From contig NW_026867467.1 of NCBI RefSeq assembly GCF_020745735.1, positions 910,200 to 974,199 on the forward strand: a DNA stretch of 64,000 bases. Reading direction: 5' to 3'. This DNA comes from Hemiscyllium ocellatum (lineage: Eukaryota). Within the stretch, counting starts at the first letter, position 1; each line of letters opens with the position of its first letter. Below, piece after piece: positions 60,919 to 64,000 of the stretch. A program made the translations under genes and the position numbers. The notes beneath the pieces are model-generated. The model ran no database searches. It was not told the origin of the DNA and saw only the letters and a program-made list of their open reading frames with translations.

Positions 60919-63420
60919 TGTAACGATACTGTCACTTTACAAGGCTATTTTGACCAGGATTTACTTCTGAAGAGCAGTTGTAAGAGAGAGGTACAGAGCT
61001 GTTTCTAAGAAAGTAAACAATTTGTGAGGCCTTGAGGTGATTTGTAAAATTGGGACAATGGAAACATGGGTGTGGCTAGCTCTCACTGATCAGGATTTCT
61101 GTGTTTTTTAGTTTTTCAGTTTAGTTTTAAGCAGAAGCATTGGGTTGTCAAAAGAGTGGCCCCAAAAATAGAGTTTCAGTGACTGTCTCCGATATTCTCT
61201 GATATTCTCTTGATGTTTCTTTCCTCCTAGATTAGAGAACTGCATGTGAGAATCTGTGTTTGAATTTGCTTTTTTGCCAAGAGAGGTATTTGTGGAATAC
61301 TATATTGGAACAGTTAATTCGTAACAGGCACTGTATCAATTATTTCATTAAAATTTCAAATCATTAAGTTTTTTTTCCCAAATTCACCTTTCCTTGTTTT
61401 ACTTAAACACCATTGTTAAAATACAATTGTGTTTTGCTTCACATTGAGTAGTTTGACCAGTTGCATTGCATCTGGAGTATGGCACTTCACATTTGGGGGT
61501 GGCATGGTGGCTCAGTGGTTACCACTGCTGCTTCATAGCACTAGGGTCCCAGGTTTGATTCCAGCCTCGGGCAACTGTCTGTGTGGAGTTTGCACATTCT
61601 CCCCGTGTCTGCGTGGGTTTCCTCCAGGTGCTCCGGTTTCCTCCCAGTCCAAAGATGCACAGGTCAGGTGATATTGCCCATGTTAAATTGCCCATAATGT
61701 TAGCTGCATTAGTCAGAGGGAAATGAGTCTGGGTGGATTACTCTTTGGAGGGTCGGTGTGGACTGGTTAGGCCAAAGGGCCTGTTTCTACACTGTTCGGG
61801 AATCTAATCTAATTTACCTTTAAAATAAGAAAAGATTAGTGTCTAGGCGACCTTCTGGAAATATTTTAAAGAGTTCTGGTCAGGTCCATAGTAAATTAGG
61901 AGCTCTTGTCGAGGTTGAAGTCTATAATTCCAGGTTGGGTTTAGGATTGTTGCACTCAAAGGCAGCAAGTGGTAGTTGTTTGTGTCTTTAGTTTCGGGTG
62001 TTGAATTGGGTTGGTTTAAATAGGGTGTGCTTTGTATAATTATGACTCTTTTAGTCACTGTGTGTTTTCTGGGGTGGACAAAGGGACTTTGGGAGTTTTA
62101 CAAAAAGTGAGCAAGGTGAAGCCATTGAAATTGGCAAGCAAGATGGAATTGAGGATGCATAGGTCTGTGATACAACAGCATTTAAGATTATAGGACATGC
62201 TCTTAGAATCTTTGAAAATGGCTAAAATGTAATTGCAAATGAAGCAGCTTGAATTAGAGGCACAAGGAAAGCAAAGGATAGCCCTGGCAGAACAACAAGA
62301 ATGAGAAAAGAAAATGAAACAATTCAAATTACAATTAAAGGCCAGGAAAAAAGAAAAGGAGAGGAAAGCCCTAGCAGAAGAAAGAGAGAGAAGAGCAGAA
62401 AGGGAATTAATTTGAACTTCCAAAGTTGGCAATTAAAGAGGAAAGTCAACTTAAAAGGACAATTAAAATAGATCAAATATGACACTCTTCGATGATTATT
62501 TTGGAGGAGTTCAAAAATTCATTTCTTCAGGTATTGAGAACTCACGTGGAAGAGCAGATACTTAAAATGGCATGATTAGCAGCTGAAATGGCCAATAATT
62601 GTAAGTTGACTCATGAATCTGAGTTTGGCTTCCAACATCAATTTCAGTCTGTGAGGAATAGAGATTGGAAAAAAGAGAAATACTCAGGTGTTAAGGGGAA
62701 AGCAGATCTCATTGAATATCATAAAGGCAATTTATCAGAGAGTAAAAACAAACCCATGAAAGGAAAGAGAAGTTTAATGACTCCGGTGTTTTCACTGCCA
62801 CATTAAATCGCAGTACTGGTGCTTTAGGAAAAGCACTGGGGAGACAGATGGAGGAAAACAGGAGAAGCCAGTGAATTTTGTTTGAGTGGTAAAGAAAAAC
62901 CCAGTGGAAACTAAAAAGCTGCACCAGAATGTGTAGCCCAGTCAGGGGTTGGTTGAGAAGAAAGTGTCAGATCTTCTTAAATCATCTGTTTGTGAGGGTA
63001 TGTCAGGGGCAGCAGGTAAAGAAATTGCAATTTTAAAAGATACGGGATCACGTCAATCTTTGATATTGAGAGATGAGGAGATATGTATTCAGGAAGACTA
63101 TTGCCTGAAATAGTGGTACTATGTGGAAGTCATGGTGAGATGAGAAGTGTTCTATTATGTAAAGTGAGATTGGACTGTCAGATGAAAAGTGAAGAACTGG
63201 GTGGTAGGAATACTGGAGAAACTCTCAGCTCCAGGAATACTGCTTGACCTTGACGATGTAGCTGGATCATGGGTGGGTGTGCTGCCTATTGTGGTTGAAA
63301 AGCCAATACAAAATCAAGAAACAGAGATATTACAGGAAGTGTATCCTGAGATGTTTCCTGACAGTGTGATAACAGGGTCACATAGCCACAGTTTGAAGCA
63401 GGAATAAGCAAAAATGAAGT
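60919..63420 (+). mobile_element. Degraded Gypsy-group (Gmr1-like) LTR retroelement: probable LTR, coiled-coil gag, aspartic protease
   Basis: IAILKDTGSRQSLIL protease motif (DTGS at 63039-63050); ILEEFKNSF.QVLRTHVEEQ gag block; TGTAAC possible LTR start; LTR limits uncertain. Confidence 0.65.
61496..61812 (+). mobile_element. V-SINE/HE1-type SINE, full length
   Basis: GGCATGGTGGCTCAGTGG head, V domain, AATCTAATCTAA tail. Confidence 0.9.
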
Positions 63421-63429
63421 TGAAGTACT

Positions 63430-63955
63430 GAATTGAGTTGAATTTGAATTTAATTTATTATCACGTGTACCGAGACACAGTGAAAAGCTTTGCACTTGTG
63501 AGCAATACAGGCAGACCACATAGTGAAATAGCATTGATAAGCAAATAATAGGTAAACAGTGGCAAAAACAAACACACAGGTCCAGGCGAATGCTAGGAGT
63601 TTGTGAGTCCATTCAGTATTCTAATAACAGCAGGGTTGAAGCTGTTTCGAAATCGGCTATTTTGAAACCTGTGTTCAGGTTTTTGCACCTTCTCCCCGAT
63701 GGTAGAGGTTTTAGAAAAACATTGCCAGGTAGGATGGACCTTTGAGAATGCTGGCGGCCTTTCCTTGACATCGGGCCTAGTAGATGGGTTCTATACATGG
63801 GAGGTTGGCCTTTGTGATCGTCTGGGCCGGGTACACCACTCTCTGTAACTGTCTCCGACCTTGAATGATACAGTCACCATACCAGGTAGTGATACATCCA
63901 GACAGAATGCTCTTGATGGTGCACTTATAAAAGTTTGCAAGGGTATTCACCATCA
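63430..63955 (-). mobile_element. Rex1/Babar-type LINE 3' fragment
   Basis: Reverse strand reads LANFYKCTIKSILSGCITTWYG...LQRVV...LPSGRR. Confidence 0.8.
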
Positions 63956-63957
63956 TA

Positions 63958-64000
63958 GGAGAAAGTGAGGACTGCAGATGCTGGAGATCAGAGCTGAGAA
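63958..64000 (-). mobile_element. 3' tip of a PLE family 1 pseudo-LTR (continues beyond the window)
   Basis: GGAGAAAGTGAGGACTGCAGATGCTGGAGATCAGAGCTG. Confidence 0.8.

Noticed and set aside
62055-62432. 125-aa minus-strand hydrophobic ORF
   Set aside because: Antisense of the purine-rich coiled-coil gag remnant

Overview
Eukaryotic (cartilaginous fish, shark-type) genomic DNA. It holds one complete immunoglobulin mu heavy-chain (IgM) gene cluster on the minus strand, about 9.0-30.0 kb: leader, VH, D/J region, CH1-CH4 with secretory tail, TM1 and TM2. All splice sites are canonical GT-AG and the frames are open. The cluster is not in the usual V-D1-D2-J layout. V is already fused to D1 and D2 is already fused to J, so only one 22-RSS/12-RSS pair (369 bp apart including both heptamers) remains to be recombined: a partially pre-joined VD-DJ cluster. 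The rest of the window is transposon debris: CR1/HER1-type LINEs, V-SINE/HE1-type SINEs, Penelope-like elements (PLEs), a Rex1/Babar fragment, a Gypsy LTR remnant, mini/microsatellites and one 500-N gap. The second notable theme is a set of minimal hammerhead-ribozyme motifs from at least two PLE families. Several occur as ORF-less ~170-225 bp fold-back insertions with 13-15 bp target-site duplications and a shared 30-38 nt unpaired tail; two of them lie in the Ig J-CH1 intron. All coordinates were read by eye and no searches or folding programs were run.
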